A stretch of 64,000 nt of DNA from an uncultured Actinomycetota bacterium (GCA_963799235.1 CAWCWL010000006.1:374020-438019); one strand, 5' to 3'; shown: positions 37,674 to 50,450, counted from the first letter of the stretch. Program-made: numbers and translations. Notes: a model not told the origin generated them from the letters alone.

Positions 37674-39004
37674 GAATCGTCCCCCGACCGCACCAGCATC
37701 GCGCGGGCCTCTCCTGCGGCGTACACCGAGCCGGCGATGAGCACTCCCGCACCGGGACCGGCCTCGTCCGCGAGGCGGACGGCCTCGTCGATCGCGGTCG
37801 CCATGTCGTCGGCCGTCCGGACGCGCTCGGCGCCGAAGACGTCACCGGCCAGTCGCGCGAGGGCCTGTGCCGGCAGCGCCCGGCTGGTGGAGGCGATGGT
37901 GGTGCACACGACGGTGGTCATGGCCTCTGCGAAGATGCCCATCACCCCTGCGACGTCCTTGTCCGCCATCATCGCGACCACCCCGATGAGCGGGTTGAAG
38001 TCGAAGGCCTCGGTGAGCCCGTCGATGGTCGCCCGCGCCCCGTGGGGGTTGTGGCAGGTGTCCAGCACGACGGTCGGCGACCTCCGGACGACCTCGAGAC
38101 GTGCCGGCGCCTGCACCTCTTCGAGCCCGTCAGTGATGACCTCCGCCGACATCGGCTTGCCGCCGAGGAACGCTTCGGTGGCCGCGACGGCGAGCGCTGC
38201 ATTGCGTGCCATGTGGGCGCCGAAGAGCGGCAGCACGATGTCACCGAGCGGACCCTGGGCGGTCTCGACGCGGATCACCTGGCCACCCACTGCCGGCTGG
38301 CGGTCGATCAGGCCGAACTCGGGGCCCTCGCGGAGCACCTCGGCACCGACCTCCTGGCACCGGGCGAGCAGCACCCTTGCAGCGTCGGGGTGCTGGGCTG
38401 CCAGCACGGCCTTGCTGCCGGCCTTGATGATGCCGGCCTTCTCCGCTGCGATCTCGGCGATGGTGTCGCCGAGCAGGTGGGTGTGGTCGAGGTCGATCGG
38501 GCACACCACTGCGACCTGGGCTTCGACGATGTTGGTGGCGTCCCAGCGTCCGCCGAGCCCCACCTCGACGACGGCGACGTCGACCGGCGCGTCGGCGAAG
38601 GCTGCATACGCAAGGGCTGTCATCACCTCGAAGAAGGTCATCGCGACGCCGTCGATCAGCTGGGCGTCCACGAGCTCGACCAGCGGCATGACCTGCTCGA
38701 CGAGGTCGTCGAAGGTCTCATCGCTGATGTCCTCGCCGTCGATGCTGATCCGCTCGGTCAGGTCGACGAGGTGCGGGCTGGAATACCGTCCCACCCGCAG
38801 CCCGAGGGACCGGAGCAGCGAGTCGATCATCAGTGCCGTGCTGCCCTTGCCGTTGGTGCCGGCGATCAGGATCACCGGGCAGGACTTCTCCGGCGAGCCG
38901 AGCAGGTCGCACAGGGCCTGGACGCGGGCCTGGCTCGGCGCGACGCGGTGTTCGGGCCACCGGGCCTGGAGTTCTGTGACGATCTCGGCGTGGGTTCTGC
39001 TCAT
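37670..39004 (-). CDS. folC: folylpolyglutamate synthase/dihydrofolate synthase
   Basis: Contains ...VILIAGTNGKGST... (Mur-ligase P-loop) and ...VVEVGLGGRWDATN.... Confidence 0.9.
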   Translation of the reverse strand: MSRTHAEIVTELQARWPEHRVAPSQARVQALCDLLGSPEKSCPVILIAGTNGKGSTALMIDSLLRSLGLRVGRYSSPHLVDLTERISIDGEDISDETFDDLVEQVMPLVELVDAQLIDGVAMTFFEVMTALAYAAFADAPVDVAVVEVGLGGRWDATNIVEAQVAVVCPIDLDHTHLLGDTIAEIAAEKAGIIKAGSKAVLAAQHPDAARVLLARCQEVGAEVLREGPEFGLIDRQPAVGGQVIRVETAQGPLGDIVLPLFGAHMARNAALAVAATEAFLGGKPMSAEVITDGLEEVQAPARLEVVRRSPTVVLDTCHNPHGARATIDGLTEAFDFNPLIGVVAMMADKDVAGVMGIFAEAMTTVVCTTIASTSRALPAQALARLAGDVFGAERVRTADDMATAIDEAVRLADEAGPGAGVLIAGSVYAAGEARAMLVRSGDDS

Positions 39005-39075
39005 GGTGTGTTCAGACTAGCGGCGGTGACCCGGGGCGCCTCCGGTGTCCCTCGTCGAGCCGGCGGCGGACCCGG

Positions 39076-39651
39076 GTGGCCCCCTCGTATACTGTCCCGG
39101 TGTCCGACACCTCCGCCGTCTCGCTCTCCCGGCGACCCTGGCAGGAGTGGGCGACGCTTGCCGCCCGCCTGATCCTCGGCGTGACCCTCCTGGTCGCCGG
39201 CCTGCTGAAGGTGACCCGGCTCGATGCGTCCGTCCAATCGGTGAGGCTCTACCAGATCCTTCCGTGGGACTTCGCCGGCTTCGTCGGCACGGCGCTGCCG
39301 ATCCTCGAGGTCGTCGTGGGGCTCCTGCTGGTCACCGGAACGTTCACCCGTGTATCCGCCGTCGTCGGCTCGCTGATGATGCTGGCATTCATCATCGGCA
39401 TCGCGTCGGTCTGGGCCCGGGGGATCTCGATCGACTGCGGCTGTTTCGGGGGCGGGGGCGCCATCGAGGCCGCCAAGACGCAGTACCCGCTGGAGATCCT
39501 GCGGGACACCGGCCTCCTGCTCACCGGGGCATGGACGATCTGGCGCCCGCGCGCACCGTTCGCCGTTGACAACTGGCTGTTCGCCCCGATTGACCACACC
39601 GGCTCCGAACTGGAGCCGATCGCTGAAGACGACAAGGAGTCGACCCGATGA
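39076..39651 (+). CDS. MauE/DoxX-like redox-associated membrane protein
   Basis: Four TM segments with the motif SIDCGCFGGGG (Cys121/Cys123, nt ~39436-39444). The N-terminal limit is uncertain. Confidence 0.75.
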   Translation: MAPSYTVPVSDTSAVSLSRRPWQEWATLAARLILGVTLLVAGLLKVTRLDASVQSVRLYQILPWDFAGFVGTALPILEVVVGLLLVTGTFTRVSAVVGSLMMLAFIIGIASVWARGISIDCGCFGGGGAIEAAKTQYPLEILRDTGLLLTGAWTIWRPRAPFAVDNWLFAPIDHTGSELEPIAEDDKESTR

Positions 39652-40403
39652 GCCAGAGCAACCGCGAGCAGCTGCGCCGCAACCAGGCGGCACAGGCCCA
39701 GCAGAAGCAGCTCACCCGGGTCATCGGCGTCGGGGCTGCCGTCCTCGTCGTCGTGCTGATCGGTGTGTTCGTCGCCGTGGTGATCCAGAACCAGTCGCAC
39801 CCCGCAGCGTCATCGTCAGCAACGCCGCCGAACGCCACGGCGTCCAAGGACGGCATCGTCGTGAACCCGGGCAAGGCCACCGCTGGCGCACCGGTCGTCG
39901 AACTGTTCTTCGACTACCAGTGCCCGGTGTGCAAGCAGTTCGAGGGCATCTACGGCGACAGCCTCAAGTCGCTGGCGGCGAGCGGCGCCATCGAGCTGCA
40001 CTACCGGACCATGAGCTTCCTGGACACCAACCTGAACAACGACGCATCACTTCGTGCGGGCATCGGCGCGGCCTGCTCCGACTTCGTCGGCAAGTACTCC
40101 GCCTACCACGACGAGATCTACACCAACCAGCCGGCGACGGAGGGCGACGGCTACACCGACGAGATGCTGAGTGTGACCATCCCGGCCAACGTCGGCATCG
40201 CCGGCGCCGACCTGACCACCTTCCAGGCGTGCTACAAGGATCAGACGACCAAGGCCTTCGTCCAGGGCATGAACGATTCCGCATCCAAGGCCGGCGTGAA
40301 CGCCACTCCCACCTTCCACGTGAACGGCAAGGACCTTCCGCTGCAGACCATCGCCGGCGTGCAGCCTGACGGTCTCGGCGACCTGATCAAGCAGAACGCC
40401 TGA
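39648..40403 (+). CDS. membrane-anchored DsbA-like thiol:disulfide oxidoreductase (CPVC)
   Basis: Has an N-terminal basic stretch and a TM segment. The active-site context is ELFFDYQCPVCKQFE. The ATGA at 39648-39651 couples it to the MauE-like gene. Confidence 0.8.
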   Translation: MSQSNREQLRRNQAAQAQQKQLTRVIGVGAAVLVVVLIGVFVAVVIQNQSHPAASSSATPPNATASKDGIVVNPGKATAGAPVVELFFDYQCPVCKQFEGIYGDSLKSLAASGAIELHYRTMSFLDTNLNNDASLRAGIGAACSDFVGKYSAYHDEIYTNQPATEGDGYTDEMLSVTIPANVGIAGADLTTFQACYKDQTTKAFVQGMNDSASKAGVNATPTFHVNGKDLPLQTIAGVQPDGLGDLIKQNA

Positions 40404-40422
40404 GCCGGGACGGACCAGGGCG

Positions 40423-41178
40423 ATGCAAGGTCAGAGCCAACGGCTGCGGATGCGTGACGCCCAGCTGGCGAACCAGCGGGCCGCGCGGCTCCGGCGCATC
40501 GTCATCGTCGGGTCAGCTGTGCTGGCGCTGGTGCTGATCGCTGTGATGGTGGTGGTGCTCGTCCAGCAGAAGCAGACGCCGGTCGCGTCCGCCCCGTCGG
40601 AGATGGCCTATCCGCCGAACGCCACAGCTGAGCGCGACGGCATCATCATCAATGACAACAAGGGCAAGCCCGATGTCGGGCTCTACTTCGACTACCAGTG
40701 CAGCCACTGCGTGCAGTTCGAGCAGAGTTTCGGTGGGGCCCTGTCCCTGCTGGGACAGACCGGCGAGATCCGCCTGGTGCACCACACGCGGGTGTTCCTC
40801 GATTCGGGCAACGCCGACGGTCTCTCCCACAAGGCAGCGCTGGCCGCCGCCTGCGCCGACGTCGTCGGGGCCTACGCGCAGTACCACGCGGCGATCTTCG
40901 AAGCCGCAACCCAGGGTCCCTACACCGACAAGCTGCTGCTGGAGACCATCCCCGCCCAGCTGGGGATGACCGGCACCGACCTGACGGCATTCCGTTCCTG
41001 CAATGCGAACAAGAGCCTCGCGCCGTTCGTGCAGAACGTCGAGGACGCCGCCATGAAGGCCGGGCTCACCGAGACCCCGCTGCTCACGGTCAACGGGAAG
41101 GCGATTCCGGCCACAACGCTCAACGGCAAGACCGGCGACGACCTCAAGGCCATCATCGACGCAGTAGCCAAGGGCTGA
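40423..41178 (+). CDS. membrane-anchored DsbA-like thiol:disulfide oxidoreductase (CSHC), paralogue
   Basis: Same length (251 aa) and architecture as the neighbouring gene. The active-site context is LYFDYQCSHCVQFE. Confidence 0.8.
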   Translation: MQGQSQRLRMRDAQLANQRAARLRRIVIVGSAVLALVLIAVMVVVLVQQKQTPVASAPSEMAYPPNATAERDGIIINDNKGKPDVGLYFDYQCSHCVQFEQSFGGALSLLGQTGEIRLVHHTRVFLDSGNADGLSHKAALAAACADVVGAYAQYHAAIFEAATQGPYTDKLLLETIPAQLGMTGTDLTAFRSCNANKSLAPFVQNVEDAAMKAGLTETPLLTVNGKAIPATTLNGKTGDDLKAIIDAVAKG

Positions 41179-41202
41179 CCGACCTCAGTCGCTCCCCCAA
41201 CG

Positions 41203-41256
41203 CCGACTTGTCAGAACCTCGCTGAGCTATAGGTCAGCGAGGTTCTGACAAGTCGG
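41203..41256. repeat. 54-bp palindromic element, copy C (perfect 23-bp arms, 8-nt loop)
   Basis: CCGACTTGTCAGAACCTCGCTGA-GCTATAGG-TCAGCGAGGTTCTGACAAGTCGG. It sits between the dsbA-like stop (41178) and the valS start, so it may act as a terminator. Confidence 0.9.
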
Positions 41257-41317
41257 GGCGCCGGCGGGTGGCATGCGGATTCAGAAGTTCGCCGGTGCGC
41301 TCATTAGGATGCTCACC

Positions 41318-43936
41318 ATGACTGAACTGGCCCAGAACACCACCTTGCCCGCAGCTGCCCCGGCCGCGGGCGGTGTACCGGAGCGCCCGGTGCTGGAGGG
41401 CCTCGAGGCCAAGTGGTCGAGCGTGTGGCACGAGAACGACACCTACGCGTTCGTGCGCCCGGAGTCGCGGGCGCAAGTGTTCAGCATCGACACCCCGCCG
41501 CCCACCGTGTCGGGCTCGCTGCACGTCGGCCACGTGTTCAGCTACACCCACACCGACCTGATCGCGCGCTACCAGCGGATGAACGGCCTGCACGTCTTCT
41601 ACCCGATGGGCTGGGACGACAACGGCCTGCCGACGGAGCGCCGCGTCCAGAACTTCTACGGGGTGCGCTGCGACCCGACCCTGCCGTACGACCCCGACTT
41701 CACGCCGCCGGCGAGCCCCGACCCGAAGCGACAACTGCCGATCAGCCGGCGCAACTTCGTCCAGCTCTGCCATGAGCTGACGGGCGTCGACGAGCAGGCC
41801 TTCGAGAACCTGTGGCGGACGCTCGGCCTGAGCGTCGACTGGAAGTCGCTGTACACCACGATCTCCGACGAGGCGCAGACCGTCGCGCAACGCGGCTTCC
41901 TGCGCAACTTCGCCCGCGGCGAGGCCTACCTCTCCGAGGCGCCCACACTGTGGGACATCACCTTCCAGACGGCTGTCGCGCAGGCGGAGCTCGAGGCCCG
42001 CGACTACCCCGGGCACTACTACCGCGTCGCCTTCCACCCTTCGTCAGGCTCAGGGAGCGGTGCGACGGAACCGATCTACATCGAGACCACAAGGCCGGAG
42101 CTGATCGCGTCCGTCTGCGCCCTGATCGCGCATCCCGACGACGACCGGTACCGCCACCTGTTCGGCACCACCGTCACCTCCCCGATCTTCGGGGTGGAGA
42201 TCCCGGTGCTCGCCCACCCGCTGGCCGAACCCGACAAGGGCGCCGGCATCGCGATGTGCTGCACCTTCGGCGACCTGACCGACGTCACGTGGTGGCGCGA
42301 GCTGCGCCTGCCGATGCGCACCGTGATCGGCCGGGACGGTCGCCTGCATGCCGAGACCCCCGACTGGCTGACGAACGCCGAGCCGTATACGGAACTGGCA
42401 GGCAAGACCACCTTCGGCGCCCGCGAGGCCATGGTCGGACTGCTGCGCGCCGCCGGTGACCTTGACGGCGAGCCGAAGCCCACCCAGCGCATGGCGAACT
42501 TCTACGAGAAGGGCGACAAGCCGCTGGAGATCGTCTCCACCCGGCAGTGGTACATCCGCAACGGCGGTCGCGACGAGGAACTCAAGCAGCAGCTGCTGGC
42601 CCGCGGCGAGGAGCTCCTCTGGGTGCCCGACCACATGAAGCACCGCTACGCCAACTGGGTCAACGGCCTCAACGGTGACTGGCTGATCAGCCGCCAGCGG
42701 TTCTTCGGCGTCCCTTTCCCCGTCTGGTACACCCTGGACGCCGAGGGCGAGCCCGACTACGCCCACCCGATCACCGCCCCCGAGGACGCGCTGCCGGTCG
42801 ACCCGTCCAGCGAGTGCCCGCCCGGGTTCACCCCCGAGCAGCGTGGCGTGCCCGGCGGCTTCGTCGGGGACCCGGACGTGATGGACACCTGGGCGACGTC
42901 CTCGCTCTCGCCGCAGCTGGCCTGCGGCTGGGAGACCGACGAGGAGCTGTGGCGCCTCACCTTCCCGATGGACATGGCACCCCAGGCCCACGACATCATC
43001 CGCACCTGGCTGTTCTCCCGCGTCGTGCGAGCCCACTTCGAGCACGGCACGCTGCCCTGGCGGCTCGCGGCCATCTCGGGCTTCGTCGTCGACCCCGACC
43101 GCAAGAAGATGAGCAAGAGCAAGGGCAACGTCGTCGTGCCCACCGACATCCTCGACAAGTTCGGCTCCGACGCGGTGCGCTGGCGGGCGGCCATGGCCCG
43201 TCCGGGCATGGACTCGCCGTTCGACGAGACCCAGATGAAGGTCGGACGCCGCCTGGCGATGAAGATCCTCAACGCCAGCAAGTTCATCCTCGGCATCGCA
43301 GCGGACACGCCCGCGCGCACCCTGCCGACCGAGCCGGTCGACCTGGCGATGCTGGCGGCGCTGGCCCAGGTCGTCGAGCACGCGACCGAGGGCTTCGAGG
43401 CCTACGACTACTCCACCGCGCTCGAGGCTGCGGAGAAGTTCTTCTGGCAGTTCTGCGACGACTACCTGGAACTGGTGAAGGAACGCGCCTACGCCGGCGA
43501 CGACAATCCCGGCAGCGACTCCGCCCGCGCAGCACTGCGCGAGGCGCTCGGGGTCCTGCTGCGCCTGTTCGCCCCGTTCCTGCCGTTCGTCACGGAAGAG
43601 GTGTGGTCGTGGTGGCAGCAGGGCTCGATCCACACCGCTGCCTGGCCGAAGGCGTCCGACCTGGCTGCCGGCGACGGCGACCCTGCCCTGCTCGACGACA
43701 TCGCTGCTGCCCTGATCGGCATCCGCGGGGCCAAGTCCCAGGCGAAGGTGTCGATGAAGACCGAGGCGTCCAGGGCGGTGTTCGCCGGACCGGGTGAGGT
43801 GCTCAGCCGGCTGTTCGCAGCAGAGGACGACCTGCGCTCGGTGGGCCGGATCACCAGCCCGGTGATCTGGGAAGAGACCTCGCTGCCGCTGTCGGTGACC
43901 GTGAAGCTCAAGCCGGCGGAGGAGCCGGCTCAGTGA
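41318..43936 (+). CDS. valS: valine--tRNA ligase
   Basis: Contains [19 protein letters not shown] (HIGH region) and ...KMSKSKGN (KMSKS). The start is taken at MTELAQ; the track ORF begins at 41273. Confidence 0.95.
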   Translation: MTELAQNTTLPAAAPAAGGVPERPVLEGLEAKWSSVWHENDTYAFVRPESRAQVFSIDTPPPTVSGSLHVGHVFSYTHTDLIARYQRMNGLHVFYPMGWDDNGLPTERRVQNFYGVRCDPTLPYDPDFTPPASPDPKRQLPISRRNFVQLCHELTGVDEQAFENLWRTLGLSVDWKSLYTTISDEAQTVAQRGFLRNFARGEAYLSEAPTLWDITFQTAVAQAELEARDYPGHYYRVAFHPSSGSGSGATEPIYIETTRPELIASVCALIAHPDDDRYRHLFGTTVTSPIFGVEIPVLAHPLAEPDKGAGIAMCCTFGDLTDVTWWRELRLPMRTVIGRDGRLHAETPDWLTNAEPYTELAGKTTFGAREAMVGLLRAAGDLDGEPKPTQRMANFYEKGDKPLEIVSTRQWYIRNGGRDEELKQQLLARGEELLWVPDHMKHRYANWVNGLNGDWLISRQRFFGVPFPVWYTLDAEGEPDYAHPITAPEDALPVDPSSECPPGFTPEQRGVPGGFVGDPDVMDTWATSSLSPQLACGWETDEELWRLTFPMDMAPQAHDIIRTWLFSRVVRAHFEHGTLPWRLAAISGFVVDPDRKKMSKSKGNVVVPTDILDKFGSDAVRWRAAMARPGMDSPFDETQMKVGRRLAMKILNASKFILGIAADTPARTLPTEPVDLAMLAALAQVVEHATEGFEAYDYSTALEAAEKFFWQFCDDYLELVKERAYAGDDNPGSDSARAALREALGVLLRLFAPFLPFVTEEVWSWWQQGSIHTAAWPKASDLAAGDGDPALLDDIAAALIGIRGAKSQAKVSMKTEASRAVFAGPGEVLSRLFAAEDDLRSVGRITSPVIWEETSLPLSVTVKLKPAEEPAQ

Positions 43937-44394
43937 AGACGACCGTTTCCGTGGCAGCAGTCCTGCTCGTGCTGCTGACCGGGTGCTCGACCGACGCCCC
44001 GCGCGACAGCGCAGGCCAGGTGACGGCGGCGGCCACCACCGACGCCTTCTCCATCAAGGTGGGCGACTGCGTCGGCAAGCTCGATGGGGATTCCGCACAG
44101 AAGTTGCCGCTGATGCCCTGCGACCAGGCGCACTTCTGGGAGGCCTACGCGTCGAGCAAGCTCGACGGCACCGAGTTCCCCGGGACCTCGCAGGTCAATG
44201 ACCTCTCCGACAAGGCGTGCGGGGCGGCGTTCACGGGCTTCGTCGGGATCGCCATCGACGACTCCAAGTACGAGGTCACCTATCTCGCCCCCACCAAGGA
44301 GTCCTGGACCCAGGCCCAGGACCGTGAGGTGGTGTGCCTGGTCGGCAGCTCCAGCGGCAAGGTCACGGGCTCGCTGAAGGGCATGGCCAAGTAG
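43933..44394 (+). CDS. lipoprotein (septum-formation-family-like domain, unverified)
   Basis: Contains signal+lipobox VLLVLLTGC and four further Cys. Its GTG forms a GTGA overlap with the valS stop. Confidence 0.65.
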   Translation: MKTTVSVAAVLLVLLTGCSTDAPRDSAGQVTAAATTDAFSIKVGDCVGKLDGDSAQKLPLMPCDQAHFWEAYASSKLDGTEFPGTSQVNDLSDKACGAAFTGFVGIAIDDSKYEVTYLAPTKESWTQAQDREVVCLVGSSSGKVTGSLKGMAK

Positions 44395-44403
44395 CCCCAC
44401 GAT

Positions 44404-44427
44404 CCCCCGGGCCGCTACCCCCGGGGG
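44404..44427. terminator. GC hairpin between convergent genes
   Basis: CCCCCGGG-ccgctacc-CCCGGGGG lies in the 45-bp gap between the lipoprotein stop and the ptsI stop. Confidence 0.4.
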
Positions 44428-44439
44428 ACGGTCGGAACG

Positions 44440-46131
44440 TCAGACGAGGTCGGCGAGGACCGGGTCCGCGAGCTTCAGCACGGCCGACTTCGCCTCCGCA
44501 GCGTTCGTGCCGGCACGGGCGGCCGCCGCCATCTGCTGGCACTGGGTGAGGGTGTGCAGCCCGAGTGCTGTCCGGACGGCCGGCACCTTGCTGGGAGCCA
44601 TCGAAAGGCTTGACACCCCGAGTCCGGCCAGCACCAGGGCGAGCCCGGGATCACCGGCCGCCTCGCCACAGACCCCGACCGGCTTGCCCATCGCCTGCCC
44701 GCCCTCGCAGGCCAGAGCGACCACGTCGAGCAGGGCCGGTTCCCAGGGGTTCAGCAGGTCGGCGAGTTCACCCTGCATACGGTCGGCAGCCATCGTGTAC
44801 TGCTGCAGGTCGTTGGTTCCGAGCGAGGCGAAATCGACGTGGTACAGGATCCCCTTGCTGCGGATCGCGGCCGCCGGCACCTCGATCATGACGCCGACCT
44901 TCGGCAGTCCGAGCGCACGCACCTTCTCCGCGAACCAGGTCGCTTCGGCCTGGGTGGCGATCATGGGCGCCATCACCCGGACGTCGGCGCCGGTGGCCTT
45001 GTATGCGGCGGCGAGGGCTTCCAGCTGGGTGTCCAGCACGTCGGTGCGGATCATGCCGAGACGGATGCCGCGTCGGCCGAGCGCCGGATTGTCCTCGTGG
45101 CCGAGGTCGGCGAACTTCAGCGGCTTGTCGGCCCCGGCGTCCAGGGTGCGAACGACCACACGTCGGTCACCGAAGGCCTCGAAGACCTCTGTGTAGGTGG
45201 CGGTCTGCTCCTCCACCGTCGGCATGGTGTCGCGATCGAGGAACAGGAACTCGGTGCGGAACAGCCCCACGCCTTCCACGGGCTGCTTGGCGGCCTTGCG
45301 GGCGTCGTCAGCCGTGCCGATGTTGGCAAGCAGCGCCACAGGGTAGCCGTCCTTGGTTGCCCCGTTGCCGGTGCCACCAGCGAGGGCAGCCGCGCGTCGA
45401 CGCTTTCGCTCCTGCAACAGTTCGGACTCCTCTGCGGTCGGGTTCACCGTGATCTCGCCAACACCACCGTCGATGGCCACGAGCGTTCCGGCGGGAATCT
45501 TGGTGATTCCGGTGGCCTGCACCACGGCCGGGATGCCCAGCTGTGATGCGAGGATCGCCGTGTGGCTGGTCGGACCACCGATTTCGGTGATGATGCCCAG
45601 GCAGGTTTCTGTGGTGAGCGTTGCCGTCTCGGCCGGAGCGAGGTCGTGCGCTGCAAGGATGCTCGGCTCTGTGAGCGTCGGGACGCCCGGCTCGGGCTGG
45701 CCCAGCAGCCGCGCGACAGCGCGGTCCCTGACGTCACGCAGGTCGGTGACGCGCTCGGCCATGTAGCCGCCGAGCGACTCGAACATCACGCAGATCTCCT
45801 CGACCGCGGCGCTGACCGCAGTGGTCGGTCCCTTGCCCGCCTTCAGCTGGTTCTCGATACCCATCACCAGCCCCGGATCCCGCGCCATCATGGCACCGGC
45901 CTCGAGGATCGGACGGGCATGGTCGCTCGCTTTCGCTGCACGCGCCTCAAGACCGACGGCGACATCCTCCAGCACCCCACGCACCACGGCCGCTGCCGCG
46001 GCGGCGTCCGTGGTGGGCGCCTCATCCGTCGGCGCCGTCGGCGCGGGTGTGACAACGACGAGAGGCCCGACAGCGGTTCCGGCGCTGACGCCGATGCCGT
46101 GGAAGGTGGTGTGCAGGACGTCGGCGCTCAT
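44440..46131 (-). CDS. ptsI: phosphoenolpyruvate--protein phosphotransferase (PTS Enzyme I)
   Basis: Contains ...[20 protein letters not shown]...GLFRTEFLF...[10 protein letters not shown].... The start is taken at ATG 46131. Confidence 0.9.
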   Translation of the reverse strand: MSADVLHTTFHGIGVSAGTAVGPLVVVTPAPTAPTDEAPTTDAAAAAAVVRGVLEDVAVGLEARAAKASDHARPILEAGAMMARDPGLVMGIENQLKAGKGPTTAVSAAVEEICVMFESLGGYMAERVTDLRDVRDRAVARLLGQPEPGVPTLTEPSILAAHDLAPAETATLTTETCLGIITEIGGPTSHTAILASQLGIPAVVQATGITKIPAGTLVAIDGGVGEITVNPTAEESELLQERKRRRAAALAGGTGNGATKDGYPVALLANIGTADDARKAAKQPVEGVGLFRTEFLFLDRDTMPTVEEQTATYTEVFEAFGDRRVVVRTLDAGADKPLKFADLGHEDNPALGRRGIRLGMIRTDVLDTQLEALAAAYKATGADVRVMAPMIATQAEATWFAEKVRALGLPKVGVMIEVPAAAIRSKGILYHVDFASLGTNDLQQYTMAADRMQGELADLLNPWEPALLDVVALACEGGQAMGKPVGVCGEAAGDPGLALVLAGLGVSSLSMAPSKVPAVRTALGLHTLTQCQQMAAAARAGTNAAEAKSAVLKLADPVLADLV

Positions 46132-46135
46132 CGGA

Positions 46136-46405
46136 CTACTCGGCGTCGAGGTCGCGGGAGAGCAGGGCGACGAGGCTGTCGAGTGCCTCGTCCGCGCCAT
46201 CACCGTCGGCGGAGAGGGTGACGGTCTCGCCGTTCTTGGCGCCGAGGGCCATGACCATCAGGATGCTGCGGGCGTCGACGGGGTTGCCGCCTTCCTTGGC
46301 GATCGTGACGGGAAGGCCCGTGGCCGTTGCAGCCTGAACGAACAGCGAAGCGGGGCGGGCGTGCAGCCCGACCGAAGATGCAATGCTGACTTGGCGAGTG
46401 GCCAT
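46136..46405 (-). CDS. ptsH: phosphocarrier protein HPr
   Basis: [23 protein letters not shown]... with the His-containing GLHARPA motif. The start is at 46405; the track ORF extends to 46447. Confidence 0.9.
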   Translation of the reverse strand: MATRQVSIASSVGLHARPASLFVQAATATGLPVTIAKEGGNPVDARSILMVMALGAKNGETVTLSADGDGADEALDSLVALLSRDLDAE

Positions 46406-46581
46406 GGGGAACTCCTTCGTTGGCGTCATTGTCGACCGAGGTTCCACAATGTCATATCAGGAGCGTGGCTGCGACACTCCTGCCCACGGGGTAGAAGTTT
46501 TGACGATTCAGGCGTAGATGTTCGCCGGCGGCAGGCATGGAGGGCCGCTTGCGCGGCCGGGCGGGAGCCTTCAGGAAAGGG

Positions 46582-47874
<1,293 letters not shown>

Positions 47875-47949
47875 GTTGCCCAATCCTTCCGTATTGATCT
47901 CAACAGTAACCCGGCCGGCCCGGTGAAACCGGGATGGCCGGGTGTCGAA

Positions 47950-48609
<660 letters not shown>

Positions 48610-48617
48610 CAGGTTCC

Positions 48618-49250
48618 TCACTGGTTCGGGGCGTCGGCGGTCTTGATCTGCGAGGCCCGCTCGTAGACGTGGTCGATGAAGCCGTAGGCGAGAGCGGCCT
48701 CAGCGGTGAACCAGCGGTCGCGGTCGGAGTCCTTCTCGATCTGCTCGACCGTCTGGCCGGTGTGCTCTGCGATCAGGCCCGACATCGTCTTCTTGATGTG
48801 CAGGGACTGCTCGGCCTGGATCCGGATGTCGGAGGCTGTGCCGCCGAGGCCACCGGACGGCTGGTGCATCATGATGCGGCTGTGCGGCAGCGCGAAGCGC
48901 TTGCCCTTCTGGCCGGCGGAGAGCAGGAACTGCCCCATCGAGGCAGCGAGGCCCATCGCCACGGTTGCCACGTCGTTGGAGATCCACTGCATGGTGTCGA
49001 AGATCGCCATGCCGGAGTCGACGGAGCCGCCGGGGCTGTTGATGTAGAGGAAGATGTCGCGGTTGGGGTCCTCGGCGTTCAGCAGCAGCATCTGCGCGCA
49101 GATGGCGTTCGCGTTCTCGTCGCGCACCTCGGAACCGAGGAAGATGATGCGGTTGGCAAGCAAGGACTGGTAGACCGAATCGGTCATGCCCATGGGGCCG
49201 GCGCCTGCGGCCATGGACAGGCCGCGCTCGATGGCTCGATGTTCGTTCAC
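48618..49250 (-). CDS. clpP: ATP-dependent Clp protease proteolytic subunit (ClpP1 position)
   Basis: Contains ...[27 protein letters not shown]...[12 protein letters not shown]...MHQP. The start is uncertain (GTG 49250 or ATG 49214); the track ORF extends to 49382. Confidence 0.85.
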   Translation of the reverse strand: MNEHRAIERGLSMAAGAGPMGMTDSVYQSLLANRIIFLGSEVRDENANAICAQMLLLNAEDPNRDIFLYINSPGGSVDSGMAIFDTMQWISNDVATVAMGLAASMGQFLLSAGQKGKRFALPHSRIMMHQPSGGLGGTASDIRIQAEQSLHIKKTMSGLIAEHTGQTVEQIEKDSDRDRWFTAEAALAYGFIDHVYERASQIKTADAPNQ

Positions 49251-49404
49251 GATGGCGAACCTACCCGGTGGCACCGACGAAAAGGCCGAGTTGGACGCCC
49301 TGTTCGCTGACGGCGCACCTGCGCGGTCGTCCGGTGCCGCCATTTTGAAGATGGATCCTCCTGAACGCCAGGTGCCCACCACATCCCGCCCTCGAATCGC
49401 GAAA

Positions 49405-50253
49405 TCACGACACGCGCTGAGCCAGCATCGCCCGGACTGTAGCCACCACTTCGTCGGGACGCTGCTCCACGGCCTCCCAGGTGAACCGAAGGACCTTGAT
49501 CCGGGCGACAGTCATCCGGTTCTGGCGACGTCGGTCCTCCTCGAACTGCTCGTGTGTGGTGTGAACAGCCTCCCCGTCGAATTCGAGGGCGAGCCGGTGT
49601 TCCGGGAACCACACGTCGGGGATCGTTGGACGCCCGGCCAGCCACAGGGTTGGGTTTGCCACCCAACCGTCGATGTGTGCGTGACGCAGGACGTCGTGGA
49701 GCCGCGCCTCCCCGAACGACCACGGGTTGCGGGTAGCCGCCTCGATCACGCGCCGGCGTTCGGCGTTGCCACGGGAGCCGGCGAACTCCGGCAACACCGC
49801 GATCAGCTGCTCCGGGTCCACCACGCGCAGGCGCAGCGCTGTGAAGCCAGCCTCACCCCTGTCCGTTGCTGCGAGCTCGACCACAGCGTGAGCTGCGCTC
49901 GCGATCCTCATGCCGGAGTCCTCGATCGGCACACTCACACTGCCAAGGGTCACGCGCAGCCACCCGACGGCGCCTCCTCGATAGGGCGCACGCAAACGAA
50001 TCGGCATGGTGACGGGCAACCGCAGATGCAGTTGCACAGCAGTGAGGGAGTGGATGCATCCCTGCGGCGACCAGGCGCAGGCCGCCCGGATTCTGGTGCC
50101 GACGGCGCGGGCGCGATCAGGTGGAACGAAGATGCCCGGAAGGATCGGCACGAGCCTGCCGCTCGCCGCGGCCCTCTGGATCGTCCGGGCGCTTCGAGGG
50201 TGGTCGGACAGACGGATCACGTCGGAAGCCGCGAGCAGGTCGTCAATGCGCAT
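49405..50253 (-). CDS. DUF559-domain protein (Vsr-like endonuclease fold), intact
   Basis: The C-terminal part reads ...[21 protein letters not shown]...[25 protein letters not shown]...[25 protein letters not shown]. Confidence 0.75.
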   Translation of the reverse strand: MRIDDLLAASDVIRLSDHPRSARTIQRAAASGRLVPILPGIFVPPDRARAVGTRIRAACAWSPQGCIHSLTAVQLHLRLPVTMPIRLRAPYRGGAVGWLRVTLGSVSVPIEDSGMRIASAAHAVVELAATDRGEAGFTALRLRVVDPEQLIAVLPEFAGSRGNAERRRVIEAATRNPWSFGEARLHDVLRHAHIDGWVANPTLWLAGRPTIPDVWFPEHRLALEFDGEAVHTTHEQFEEDRRRQNRMTVARIKVLRFTWEAVEQRPDEVVATVRAMLAQRVS

Positions 50254-50450
50254 ACCGGCACCCTCGGCACGGTGACGATCAGCGCGTCACGGTGACGCAG
50301 GTCCTGTGGATGACGTGATCTCGAGCCTCGACGTTGTGGATGACACGACGATCACCGTGCGGAAGAAGGGAGTTGCGAAATCGCGGCACGCCTCGCGGAC
50401 GCCGACGTCGGCCAAGGCCGCGACCATCCCGGGCCCGCGACCATCCCGCC

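Noticed and set aside
48618-49382. A 254-aa ClpP1 with a ~45-57-aa N-terminal extension
   Set aside because: The extension ([19 protein letters not shown]...) has no ClpP similarity, and the ClpP homology begins around ...[10 protein letters not shown]. An internal start (GTG 49250 or ATG 49214) is more plausible, though I cannot choose between them from sequence alone.
50418-50450. A short direct repeat CGCGACCATCCCG x2 just downstream of the GNAT gene
   Set aside because: It is a single 13-bp duplication with no further copies noticed in the window. It is most simply explained as slippage debris and is too weak to call a feature.
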